Shown: positions 28,163-37,752 of the stretch, piece after piece
How the letters are laid out: each line of letters starts with the position of its first letter
Position numbering within the stretch: the first letter of the stretch is position 1
DNA from: Tagaea sp.
Lineage (GTDB): Bacteria; Pseudomonadota; Alphaproteobacteria; CACIAM-22H2
Reading direction: 5' to 3'
Assembly: GCA_965279525.1 (NCBI GenBank)
Contig: CBDIIB010000004.1
Location: 288,001-352,000, forward strand
Length of the DNA: 64,000 nt
Made by a program: the position numbers and the translations under genes
The notes under the pieces: generated by a model
The model's database searches: none
What the model was told of the DNA's origin: nothing
Seen by the model: the letters and a program-made list of their open reading frames with translations, nothing else

Positions 28163-28833
28163 ATTTGAACACGTCACCACGATCCGCAACGCACGTGGCG
28201 GAACCCATCCGGATCCGGTTTCCGCCGCAAGCTCGTTCTGGCAGCCGGGGCCGATGGGATCACGGCGAATCTTCGCGAAGATCGCCGCCATATCCGCGAC
28301 GACGAAACGCGCTGCCTGCATTACAAGATGGCGGCGACAGCCGAGATGGCATAGATCGCGCTGGAACTCCGGCCGCATGCCTGCCGCATTGTGCCTGAGC
28401 GGCGCGGCGAGATCACGACGGAGGGCGGACTCGACGTTGCCGACAATGAGGAGGCTCCGACCGGATACATCGACAGGCTCGCGGATGCTGGCATCCGGGT
28501 TTCCTTGTTTATCGACCCGACCGGCGCCAACTCGATGGCGCGAAGCGGGTCGCCGCACCCTTCGTGGAGCTTCACACCGGCGCCTATGCGCATTCAAGGG
28601 GACAAGTGGCGATGCACGGGCTACAGCGTGTGGCGACTGCGGCTTTGCATGCATCCGATATCGGCCTCGAGTGCCATGCTGGCCACGGACTCGATTTTGA
28701 CAATGTCGGCCGCGTCGCCGCAATCCCGCAGCTTGTCGAACTCGACATCGGCTATTTTGGTGTCGGCGAAGGCATATTCGGCGTACTGACCGGCACGGTC
28801 AGGACGATGCGCCCTCTGATGGACCGATCCCGG
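28143..28833 (+). pseudogene. pdxJ: Frameshifted/deleted second pdxJ
   Basis: Fragments in different frames: [24 protein letters not shown]; [21 protein letters not shown]; [24 protein letters not shown]; [23 protein letters not shown]. Confidence 0.9.
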
Positions 28834-28877
28834 TCTGCCGGAACGCGATCGGCCGGCAACGCCGCTCGGCGACCGCT

Positions 28878-28896
28878 CGTAACGAATTGTATCCAG
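28878..28896 (-). promoter_or_regulatory. Putative response-regulator box upstream of the TCS
   Basis: Reverse complement CTGGATACAATTCGTTACG matches 18041-18058 apart from one inserted A. Confidence 0.6.
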
Positions 28897-28954
28897 TATA
28901 GGGATTTTGGCGACACCCAGCTAATCTTCAACAAGTCAAACTACGCCGAGAATC

Positions 28955-29665
28955 ATGACCGGCTCCAGCCATATCCTGGTCGTTGACGACGACACCGAGA
29001 TACGCGAACTGCTCAAGCGGTTCCTGTCGAAGAACGGGTTCCGCGTCAGCGTCGTCGCCGACGGCCCCCGTATGCGTGCCGTCTTGGCGGAGACGAAGGT
29101 AGATATCGTGGTCCTCGACGTGATGCTGCCGGGTGAGGACGGTCTGTCGCTCTGTCGGCGGATCCGGTCCGAGTCCGGCATTCCGATCATCATGCTCACG
29201 GCGATGGGCGATGATACCGATCGAATTGTCGGACTTGAGATGGGTGCGGACGATTATCTTGCCAAGCCGTTCAATCCGAGGGAATTGCTTGCCCGCATCA
29301 AGGCGATCCTGCGACGTAGCGGCCAAAGCGCTGTTCCGGGCGGCCTCAGCCGTCTGGAGTTCGAGGGCTGGAAGCTGGATCTTGCCAAACGCGAATTGAC
29401 GGCACCAGACGGACGTCTTGTCGACCTGACGGGCGGCGAGTTCGATCTGCTCGTCGCTTTTGTCGAGCATCCGCAGCGCACGTTGTCGCGCGACCAGCTT
29501 CTCGACCTGACACGTGGCAGGGCAAGCTCGCCGTTCGACCGCAGCATCGACATTCAGGTCAGTCGGCTGCGACAGAAAATCGAGGAGGACGCCAAAGAGC
29601 CGAAGCTGATCAAGACAGTCCGCAGTGTCGGATACATATTCTCGGCTCGGGTGGGTGTGCCTTGA
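28955..29665 (+). CDS. OmpR-family response regulator
   Basis: ILVVDDD, VLDVMLPGEDG, GADDYLAKPF, DRSIDIQVSRLRQK, IKTVRSVGY. Confidence 0.95.
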   Translation: MTGSSHILVVDDDTEIRELLKRFLSKNGFRVSVVADGPRMRAVLAETKVDIVVLDVMLPGEDGLSLCRRIRSESGIPIIMLTAMGDDTDRIVGLEMGADDYLAKPFNPRELLARIKAILRRSGQSAVPGGLSRLEFEGWKLDLAKRELTAPDGRLVDLTGGEFDLLVAFVEHPQRTLSRDQLLDLTRGRASSPFDRSIDIQVSRLRQKIEEDAKEPKLIKTVRSVGYIFSARVGVP

Positions 29666-31011
29666 AAGTCGCGCGGCCTCGACTGCTTTCCAGTCTCGTC
29701 GCGCGTGCGATTGCGGTGCTGATTCTGGCCGTCTTCGTCTCGCACGGCCTGAGCATGGGACTCTATCACGTCGAGCTCACGGACCGATTGGCAGCGAGCC
29801 AAGAAACCCAGCTCGGCGAGAAACTTGCGGCGATCAAAGACCTTGTCGAATCGGCGCCTGAAAGCGCTCGCGAGACGATCGTCCATGCGATCGGTGGCTC
29901 GTCAATCGAGGCCCATTGGGATCGGCAAAGCGCCATCGCTGCTGTCGATAGTGGGGATTCCCGCTTTCGGGAGGCAGCCGCGCGTCTGGTCGAGCGGATT
30001 CCGGGCGCGCGACTGGATGATCTGCGACTGTCACACGGTTCGGACACCGGCTCAGCGTTCGAGCCGAATTTCCTGTTGGTTTCACTGCGTATCTCGGACG
30101 GCACCTGGGTCAATGCCAGTGTCAGTAAAAGTCATGTACCTGAAGGCGGACTGACAAGTGCCATCGTCTCGACGGTTCTGATGGCTCTCGCTGTCGTTCC
30201 GCTCGCCGTATGGCTGTTGCGGATCGCCATCCGTCCGCTGCGCGTTTTCTCCAAGGCTGCCGAGCGCCTGGGAAACGATATGAATGCGCCACCACTGCCC
30301 GAGCGAGGACCCGCCGAGGTCGTGCAGACGGCGCGCGCATTCAACGAGATGCAGCGGCGGATCCGCAAACTGCTCGGCGACCGGACGGCCATGTTGGCGG
30401 CCGTATCCCACGATCTCAGAACACCGATCACGCGGCTGCGCCTGCGCGCGGAACTTCTCGACGATACCGAGCAGCAACAGAAGATCGTCTCGGATATCGT
30501 CGAGATGGAGGAGATGGTCAACTCGACGCTTTCGTTCTTCCGCGACGATGCGATCGCTGAAGTCCGGCGGCCTTTAGATCTCAGCTCACTTGTTCGGACG
30601 ATTGTCGACGATTCGACGGATCTTGGCCACGACGCCAAACTCGAGCGCTGTGATCCTTGTGTCGTCAACGGCCGCCCGATCGCGCTCAAGCGCGCCCTCG
30701 TCAATCTGGTCGAGAATGCAGTCAAGTACGGCGATCGTGCGAGGATACGGCTTGTCGGTGAAGGGCATGATGCGATTCTGACGATCGAGGACGACGGTCC
30801 AGGTATCCCGGAGGCCCGCAAGGACGACGTGTTCGAGCCTTTTGTCCGCCTCGAAACCTCGCGCAGCAGGCAAACAGGCGGTGTCGGTCTCGGGCTCGCG
30901 CTCGTCCGTTCGGTGATCCGTGCACACGATGGGTCGGTCGGGATCGAGAACGTGCCGGATCAAGGGCTACGTGTCATCGTGACGCTACCAAAACTCCCGA
31001 CAAGCCCATGA
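29662..31011 (+). CDS. Sensor histidine kinase (HAMP, HisKA, HATPase)
   Basis: Two TM segments, VSHDLRTP, NLVENAVKY, IEDDGPG, GVGLGL; TTG start overlaps the RR stop. Confidence 0.93.
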   Translation: MKVARPRLLSSLVARAIAVLILAVFVSHGLSMGLYHVELTDRLAASQETQLGEKLAAIKDLVESAPESARETIVHAIGGSSIEAHWDRQSAIAAVDSGDSRFREAAARLVERIPGARLDDLRLSHGSDTGSAFEPNFLLVSLRISDGTWVNASVSKSHVPEGGLTSAIVSTVLMALAVVPLAVWLLRIAIRPLRVFSKAAERLGNDMNAPPLPERGPAEVVQTARAFNEMQRRIRKLLGDRTAMLAAVSHDLRTPITRLRLRAELLDDTEQQQKIVSDIVEMEEMVNSTLSFFRDDAIAEVRRPLDLSSLVRTIVDDSTDLGHDAKLERCDPCVVNGRPIALKRALVNLVENAVKYGDRARIRLVGEGHDAILTIEDDGPGIPEARKDDVFEPFVRLETSRSRQTGGVGLGLALVRSVIRAHDGSVGIENVPDQGLRVIVTLPKLPTSP

Positions 31012-31466
31012 TTCAGAAATCGAGTGTCGCTGTAACTTCGGTTGTTGCAGCGATCGTCGGCGCTGGTGCCGTCATCTGGTTCGTGAACCGGTCGGCGGTG
31101 CCTGACGAATATCCTGCCGTGATCGCGACAGGTGCCAGGATCTATGCCGAATCATGTGCGGCCTGCCACGGCGCGCGTCTCGAAGGGCAGCCAGACTGGC
31201 GCAGCCGCAATGCCGCGGGCCGACTGCCTGCGCCTCCGCACGATGCTTCGGGCCATACATGGCATCATCCAATGAAAGTCCTGTTCGAAATAACGAAGTA
31301 CGGAGTCGGACGTTTCGCGGGCCCAGGTTACGTGTCCGACATGCCGGCATTCGAGGGGCGACTGTCGGATGACGAGATCCGCGCTGTCCTTGGATACATC
31401 CGTGCCCAGTGGCCCGAGGAGATCCGCAAGGTTCACGCTGAGATCGATCGAAAAAGTGGGTCGTAG
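31008..31466 (+). CDS. Monoheme cytochrome c
   Basis: CAACHG, PAPPHDASGHTWHH, SDMPAF. Confidence 0.9.
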   Translation: MIQKSSVAVTSVVAAIVGAGAVIWFVNRSAVPDEYPAVIATGARIYAESCAACHGARLEGQPDWRSRNAAGRLPAPPHDASGHTWHHPMKVLFEITKYGVGRFAGPGYVSDMPAFEGRLSDDEIRAVLGYIRAQWPEEIRKVHAEIDRKSGS

Positions 31467-31474
31467 GCGTCGTC

Positions 31475-31523
31475 GATACACTTCGTTACAAAATCGGCTG
31501 ATGCACGAAACACCCCCGTTACA
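31475..31523 (+). promoter_or_regulatory. Tandem response-regulator boxes upstream of the tolC-MCO operon
   Basis: GATACA-CTTC-GTTACA (31475) and GAAACA-CCCCC-GTTACA (31507). Confidence 0.6.
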
Positions 31524-31570
31524 GCCAACAGTCAAACAAGGTCCAGTTCCGAGAGTAAGAAGGGATAGCC

Positions 31571-31900
31571 GTGTTTCATACCGGACCTGCATCCAAACCA
31601 ACCGATTTCTGCACCAGAGTGCTTGTAGTCGGGCTTGCCGTCGCTGCTTTTGCCGGCATGTCGGCAGTCGCGACAGCCCAGACACAGGTCCCGGAAGCTC
31701 CGCGGGTGGCTCCGAGCATGCTGGCCCCACTTGTGGAGCGGCCTGCCGCCAGTACAACGCGTAACGGGTCAGTCTTCGTGGCGCCACCGGCGATCGAAAA
31801 CGGAACGGAGACCGACTGGCGGAGTGCCAATGACGAAGCGGCACGTCTCGGTGGGCATATCGGTCAGCTTCGTGGCCGCCCGGCACAACCCCGTCCTTGA
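31571..31900 (+). CDS. Small exported protein preceding TolC in copper operons
   Basis: Hydrophobic leader, DWRSANDEAARLGG motif; start uncertain. Confidence 0.65.
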   Translation: MFHTGPASKPTDFCTRVLVVGLAVAAFAGMSAVATAQTQVPEAPRVAPSMLAPLVERPAASTTRNGSVFVAPPAIENGTETDWRSANDEAARLGGHIGQLRGRPAQPRP

Positions 31901-31919
31901 GCAGCGTGAAGCCAAATTC

Positions 31920-33320
31920 ATGAACAAGACCAACCCATGGCCTTTTCGGTCACTTGCCCGATTTGCGACTGTCGCTCTCGCCGGTTCACTTGTGGCGGGG
32001 TGTGCGGGGGAGTTCGGCGGTTCTTCCGGCCCGACTACCGCGTCTGTAACGTCAGGTGGAAGTCGTGTCGCGTCGACTACAGAGGCGGGTTATGCCGATC
32101 TTGCCCCGGTCCGGCAGGCATTGAGCGGAATCCTGTCGCAGGAGATCGACGCTGACGCGGCCGTGCGGATCGCACTTCTTGCGAGTCCCTCGCTGCACCG
32201 CATCTACTTCGATCTGCGCTTGTCGGGCGGCGATATCGCGCGTGCGGCGACGGCCGCTGTCCCGCCGGCAGAGAGCGTCGAAGTGCTTTTCGCGACGTCC
32301 GTCATCGGAAGCCTTCGCCGTGCCACAACAGAGACCGACGCCCTGAAGTTCGAGCAGGCGAAGCTTGAAATGGCTGGTCAGGTCGTCCGGCTGGGTCTCG
32401 ATGTTCGGCGAGCGCACGCCGCTGCCGTCGCGGCCCGGCAGGTCACGAAGTTGACCGACGATCTGAAGACGGCTTCTGAAGCTTCGGCGGAGCTCGGGCG
32501 GCGTATGGCACGGGTCGGCAACTGGCCGCGCCTGAATGAGTATCGAGAGAATGCGGCTCTGGGGACGGTCAGCATCCAGGCGGCCCGGGCCCGGCTCGGC
32601 GAGACGGCTGCGCGCGAGCGCCTCACGCGCCTTCTGGGGATTTGGGGCATCGATACCCAGTACCGGTTGCCGGAGGCGCTTGCGCCCCTGCCGACGCAGC
32701 TTGAACAAATTGCCGATCCCGAGACTGTCGCGGCGAGCGGTCGCTTCGATATCCGCGCGATGGTGTTCGATATCGCGGCGGAGACACGAGAGTTCGAACT
32801 TGACGGATATGAGACGGGTCAGTTGCGGGCAGGGACCGGCTTCTACGATCTGCCGCGTGCGCGCGCACTTGGCGCCGTTGCATCAACCGGCACGATTTCG
32901 GTTCCTGTATTCGACTTCCAGAATCAGGCCAGTCACGCCAAGTCATCGCGGTTCATGGCGCTCCTGACGCGCGCCTCGCAGGCTGCGATCTCCGCCAGGG
33001 CGGACGCCCGGGAGGCATACATGGCCCAACGCACCGCCTACGACATCGCACGCCACTACGAAGTTCATATGCTGCCACTGCAGGCACGGATCATGGACGA
33101 AAGCGTACAGCGCTATAACGGCATGTTGACTGGCGTCTTCGATCTGCTCGCCGACGCGCGCCAGAAAACCACTATCGAGATCGCTTCAGTCGAAGCTTTG
33201 CGCGACTATTGGATCTCGACCACGAATCTCGCCAACGCGTTGCTGGCCGGCGGATACTCGGGTGGAACGGCTGCATCTTCGTCGACGGCGGCACCGGAAG
33301 CCCCCGCAGCCGGCCATTGA
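31920..33320 (+). CDS. TolC-family outer-membrane lipoprotein of copper operon
   Basis: Lipobox LVAGC, DAAVRIALL, RMARVGNW, RYNGMLTGVFDLLADAR, ALRDYW. Confidence 0.88.
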   Translation: MNKTNPWPFRSLARFATVALAGSLVAGCAGEFGGSSGPTTASVTSGGSRVASTTEAGYADLAPVRQALSGILSQEIDADAAVRIALLASPSLHRIYFDLRLSGGDIARAATAAVPPAESVEVLFATSVIGSLRRATTETDALKFEQAKLEMAGQVVRLGLDVRRAHAAAVAARQVTKLTDDLKTASEASAELGRRMARVGNWPRLNEYRENAALGTVSIQAARARLGETAARERLTRLLGIWGIDTQYRLPEALAPLPTQLEQIADPETVAASGRFDIRAMVFDIAAETREFELDGYETGQLRAGTGFYDLPRARALGAVASTGTISVPVFDFQNQASHAKSSRFMALLTRASQAAISARADAREAYMAQRTAYDIARHYEVHMLPLQARIMDESVQRYNGMLTGVFDLLADARQKTTIEIASVEALRDYWISTTNLANALLAGGYSGGTAASSSTAAPEAPAAGH

Positions 33321-33361
33321 TAAAGTTTCGACACCCTCCGGATCGCCAACGGGAGTACCCG

Positions 33362-34645
33362 ATGTTTTCGCGACGCAGTTTCCTCAGTGCATCAGCGGCC
33401 GGAATGGTCGGTGCGGGTATCGTCTCGAAGGCGAGCCTTGCGTCCATCCCTGAAGCCCAGAACCAATCCGGCGCGACGATGGTGGCGCCGGCGGCACCCG
33501 CTACAGGCCGGGCCTACAACCCGGTCGCGACACTGAACGGATGGACGCTGCCGTGGCGGATGCGCGACGGATGGAAAGAGTTCCATCTTGTTGCCGAACC
33601 TGTGACCCGGGAGGTCGCGCCCGGCATGGTGGCCAATCTTTGGGGCTATAACGGCCAGAGCCCTGGGCCCACGATCGAATGCGTCGAAGGCGACAAACTG
33701 CGGATATTCGTCACGAACAAGCTGCCGGAGCACACGACGGTCCATTGGCACGGGATTCTGCTTCCCTGCGGCATGGATGGGGTAGGGGGGCTGACGCAGC
33801 CGCATATCCCCGTCGGCAAGACCTTCGTCTACGAGATGGTCATGAAGAAGAGTGGGACCTTCATGTACCACCCGCACGCCGACGAGATGGTCCAGATGTC
33901 GATGGGCATGATGGGCTTCTTCGTCGTGCATCCACGCGATTCGCGTCTCCATGCCGTTGACCGGGATTTTGTCTTTTTGCTGAACGCGTTCGACATCGAG
34001 CCCGGCGCGAAAACCCCGAAAAACTCGACGATGCTCGACTTCAATCTCTGGGGCTGGAACAGCCGTGTCTTCCCGGCGATCGATCCGCTCGTCGTCCGCA
34101 AGGGCGACCGCGTGCGAATCCGGGTCGGCAACCTGACGATGACGAACCATCCGATTCATCTGCACGGGTACGACTTCGTCGTGACCGGCACGGATGGTGG
34201 ATGGGTTCCTCCGACGGCGCGCTGGCCTGAAGTGAGCGCCGACATTCCCGTAGGTGCCATGCGGGCGATCGAGTTCACGGCCGACGAGCCCGGCGACTGG
34301 GCGATCCATTGCCACAAGTCGCACCATACGATGAACGCCATGGGCCACAATGTGCCGACGATGATCGGCGTCGATCATCGCGAGGTGGTCCACAAGATCA
34401 TGAAGGTGGCGCCGGACTACATGGTCATGGGCGAGCGTGGGATGTCGGATATGCAGGAGATGGAAATGCCCATCCCCGAGAATACGCTCCCGATGATGAC
34501 CGGTCGCGGCCCGTTCGGGCCGCTCGAAATGGGTGGGATGTTCTCTGTCGTCAAGGTGCGCGAAGGGCTCGCCCGCAACGACTACAAGGATCCGGGTTGG
34601 TACAAGCACCCGCCTGGCACTGTCGCCTATGAGTGGAAGGGTTGA
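33362..34645 (+). CDS. Two-domain multicopper oxidase, Tat-exported
   Basis: SRRSFL Tat motif, HWHG, MYHPH, HPIHLHG, HCHKSHH, Met-rich tail. Confidence 0.94.
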   Translation: MFSRRSFLSASAAGMVGAGIVSKASLASIPEAQNQSGATMVAPAAPATGRAYNPVATLNGWTLPWRMRDGWKEFHLVAEPVTREVAPGMVANLWGYNGQSPGPTIECVEGDKLRIFVTNKLPEHTTVHWHGILLPCGMDGVGGLTQPHIPVGKTFVYEMVMKKSGTFMYHPHADEMVQMSMGMMGFFVVHPRDSRLHAVDRDFVFLLNAFDIEPGAKTPKNSTMLDFNLWGWNSRVFPAIDPLVVRKGDRVRIRVGNLTMTNHPIHLHGYDFVVTGTDGGWVPPTARWPEVSADIPVGAMRAIEFTADEPGDWAIHCHKSHHTMNAMGHNVPTMIGVDHREVVHKIMKVAPDYMVMGERGMSDMQEMEMPIPENTLPMMTGRGPFGPLEMGGMFSVVKVREGLARNDYKDPGWYKHPPGTVAYEWKG

Positions 34646-34685
34646 CTTCTCACTTACCCCCCGTCTTCCAAGAAAGGATCTCAGA

Positions 34686-35156
34686 ATGAAGCGTATTCTG
34701 TTCGGATTTTCCGCGCTTTTGGTAGCCGTCTCGGCAACTATTGCATTGGCAGCGCCGGGACACGACGGTGGGCATGCCCATTCGGCGGTCGGCAAGGCAG
34801 GCGACCCGAAAAAAGTATCCCGGACCATCGAGGTCGTGATGAACGACCAGATGCGCTTCCTTCCGGACAAGGTGACTGTAAAGCCGGGCGAGACGATCCG
34901 CTTTGTCGTCAAGAATGTCGGCGAGATCAAGCACGAGATGATGCTCGGGACGAAGAAGGAGCTGATGGAGCACGCGAAGGTCATGCAGCAGCATCCCGGC
35001 ATGGAACATGACGACGACAACGCCGTCACGCTTGAGCCCGGGAAGACGGGCGAAATCGTCTGGCAGTTCACGCGGGCTGGGACGTTCATGTTCGGGTGCC
35101 TGATGCCGGGTCATGTCGAGGCCGGCATGGTCGGCTCTATCTCTGTCCGTCGCTGA
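34686..35156 (+). CDS. Cupredoxin-family (CopI-like) periplasmic protein
   Basis: Signal peptide, GHDGGHAH, KHEMMLG, CLMPGHVEAGM. Confidence 0.9.
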   Translation: MKRILFGFSALLVAVSATIALAAPGHDGGHAHSAVGKAGDPKKVSRTIEVVMNDQMRFLPDKVTVKPGETIRFVVKNVGEIKHEMMLGTKKELMEHAKVMQQHPGMEHDDDNAVTLEPGKTGEIVWQFTRAGTFMFGCLMPGHVEAGMVGSISVRR

Positions 35157-35190
35157 CATGTGCCAATCGGATTAATCCGGAGGAAAGAAG

Positions 35191-35493
35191 ATGTCGAACT
35201 TGCTCAGCCGCCTGGCAGCAATACTTCTGTTGAGTGCCGGTGTATCCGGAGCCGCACTCGCGCAGAAGACCGATCGGGTCGAAGGCGAAGTCCGGCGTAT
35301 CAATGAAGCTGAAGGCAAGGTCACACTAAGGCATGGCCCGCTTCCCAATCTCGATATGCCGGCAATGACCATGGTCTTCACCGCGAAGGACCCTGCGATC
35401 CTGAAAGGGATCAAGGTCGGCGAAAAAGTGAACTTCGTGACCGAGAATTCAGATGGCGTTTTCTATGTGCTCGAGATCGTGAAGCCGAATTAG
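35191..35493 (+). CDS. cusF: CusF-like copper-binding protein
   Basis: VTLRHGPLPNLDMPAMTMVF; GGAGG RBS. Confidence 0.88.
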   Translation: MSNLLSRLAAILLLSAGVSGAALAQKTDRVEGEVRRINEAEGKVTLRHGPLPNLDMPAMTMVFTAKDPAILKGIKVGEKVNFVTENSDGVFYVLEIVKPN

Positions 35494-35500
35494 CGCGAAG

Positions 35501-36988
35501 ATGAAGCGAGAACCCCGTCGACTGTCCCGGCGATCGGCTCTGGCCCTCGGCGCAGTTCTGCTGGTGCCGAAGCCATTGCTCGCTGCCGGCAGCGACGCGG
35601 GCGTTGGCCTGCCGATCCCACGACTCATGGATGCGTCATCCGGTCCGATCGAGCTCGAAGCGCGCAAGTCGGCACACGCGTTCCATCCCGAACGTCCTGC
35701 CGAAGCGCTGGGCTATTCGTCCAGCTATCTCGGGCCGACTTTGCGGTTCCGTCGAGGCGGCAAGTATCGTCTTTCTGTCCGCAACGGGATGGACCGGCCG
35801 ACATCGACCCATCTGCATGGATTGCTGATCCCGGCGGAAGCCGATGGCGGACCCCACCGTCCGATCTCGCCCGGGGAGACATGGGCGAGCGAGTTTCTTA
35901 TCGATCAACCGGCGACGACCGCCTGGTATCACGCACATCCGCATGGGGATACAGGACGGCAGGTCTATTTCGGCCTTGCCGGCATGGCCATTGTCGACGA
36001 CGCCGACGGGCCGGTTGGCCGCCTTCCAAGTCGGTATGGCGTCGATGATCTACCACTCGTAATTCAGGATCGCATTTTTGATCCTCTTGGCCGCCCGCTC
36101 TACATGGCGAACATGCATACGACGATGATGGGTATGCGCGGCAATACGTTCATCGTAAATGGCGCGATTGATCCGGTTGCACGTGTTCCAGCGGGGCTCG
36201 TCCGGCTCAGGATCCTGAATGGCGCAAACGCACGGAATTTCGATATCGGCTTCGATGACCAGCGGACGTTCCATGTTGTCGGCAGCGACGGCGGGCTTTT
36301 GCCGGCCCCCATGGCACGAAGAGACTTGGTGATCGGGCCAGGCGAGCGATACGAGATCGTCGTCGATTTCACGGACGGGCGTCCTGCCGCGCTGGAAACG
36401 GCCAGCGATACGGCCGCAATCCTCGCAGGACGCGCACCAGCGGTGTCTCGGACGATGGGGCGGGGTAGCGGGCGCCTTCTGCGCTTCGAGGTCGATGCCG
36501 GCCTCGCGGCCCATCCCACGCCTCTGCCAGCATCGCTGTCATCGATGGCTCCGACGAATGTAACCGGCAACCCGATGCGCCGGATCGTATCCTTGGACAT
36601 GGGCCCATCGATGATGGGGCAGGGTGCGGCAATGGGCAGCATGCAGCATGGACCGGGCGGCATGTTCGGGATCAACGGCCGGCCTTATGACCCCGAGCGC
36701 GTGGACTTCGAAGTTCCCTTGGGTTCGACCGAGATTTGGGAAGTCCGACCGAATCTGATGACCCATCCGTTCCATATCCACGGGGCGACCTTTCGGATCC
36801 TCTCAATCGGCGGCGAGCCGCCATCTGCCCATCTAGCGGGCGACAAAGACACGCTACTCGCCGACCGGCCGGTTGAGCTCCTGGTTAGCTTCCGGCAGCC
36901 GGCAACGCGGCAGTCTCCCTTCATGTTTCACTGTCATGTACTTGAACACGAGGACGCCGGGATGATGGCGCAGTTCGTGACGATCTGA
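35501..36988 (+). CDS. CueO-like three-domain multicopper oxidase
   Basis: SRRSAL Tat motif, HLHG, WYHAHPH, HPFHIHG, FHCHVLEHEDAGMM. Confidence 0.92.
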   Translation: MKREPRRLSRRSALALGAVLLVPKPLLAAGSDAGVGLPIPRLMDASSGPIELEARKSAHAFHPERPAEALGYSSSYLGPTLRFRRGGKYRLSVRNGMDRPTSTHLHGLLIPAEADGGPHRPISPGETWASEFLIDQPATTAWYHAHPHGDTGRQVYFGLAGMAIVDDADGPVGRLPSRYGVDDLPLVIQDRIFDPLGRPLYMANMHTTMMGMRGNTFIVNGAIDPVARVPAGLVRLRILNGANARNFDIGFDDQRTFHVVGSDGGLLPAPMARRDLVIGPGERYEIVVDFTDGRPAALETASDTAAILAGRAPAVSRTMGRGSGRLLRFEVDAGLAAHPTPLPASLSSMAPTNVTGNPMRRIVSLDMGPSMMGQGAAMGSMQHGPGGMFGINGRPYDPERVDFEVPLGSTEIWEVRPNLMTHPFHIHGATFRILSIGGEPPSAHLAGDKDTLLADRPVELLVSFRQPATRQSPFMFHCHVLEHEDAGMMAQFVTI

Positions 36989-37222
36989 CTGGCCCAATCC
37001 CTTTTGAGTCGGATTGAGGCTGTTGATCCGCCATGCTACGCCGTCTTGGGTAGCTGACAGATATCTACCAAGCGCATAAACTTCGATGAAATTGTGCCGC
37101 TGCGGCTACTTTTGATAGAAAGTGCATAACTCAATTCCGAGGCCATTCGGTATCGGCATTTGTTGAGGAAGGCGATCTGATTGATAATTCATTGAATTAG
37201 TAGATCGCTCTGGAGATAACAA

Positions 37223-37576
37223 ATGGCGACGAGCTGCAATGCAAAACTGTCATTCGACGTTGATGCAATTCTCAACGCGCCGGACCGTGCGGCACTTGAA
37301 GCGATTGTCCTCAAATTCGCGGTCGAGGCATTCCCGAGTGACCCGACAGGACTCGCTGAATCGACGTCTGCGCTCATCGCGTTTGAAGCTGTCTGCGATG
37401 CGTACAGGGCACGAGGTTACCCATCTAACTCGGGCTATCAGGTAGCATCCGATCGTTTGATGGATTTTCAGCGAGAATGGTTTAAGCGCGACATTAAAGC
37501 GGCTCAGGCGAAGGGCCGTGATCGCCTCGCAATGACCGCCGAGCTCGTCATGGAGACTCACGGCGACAGCGCGTAA
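37223..37576 (+). CDS. Hypothetical protein
   Basis: GGAG RBS and clean ORF in an AT-richer patch; no motif recognised. Confidence 0.55.
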   Translation: MATSCNAKLSFDVDAILNAPDRAALEAIVLKFAVEAFPSDPTGLAESTSALIAFEAVCDAYRARGYPSNSGYQVASDRLMDFQREWFKRDIKAAQAKGRDRLAMTAELVMETHGDSA

Positions 37577-37752
37577 AGCTGAAATCGTCGACTTTGGCGC
37601 TCAGCCACCCCCTCTCGGCGCCGTAGCGTTATCATGTTCTTTCGCCTGCTGACGCAGATTGACAGCAAGTTCTCTGGGAGAATGGTGAGCGTCGTCAGGA
37701 GGCCACGGCTTAAGCGGATTTATGAGGGCAGGTAGCTCGACCTTGCCAATGA

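Noticed and set aside
28165-28986. Several short ORFs as independent genes
   Set aside because: They are frameshifted pieces of one pdxJ pseudogene
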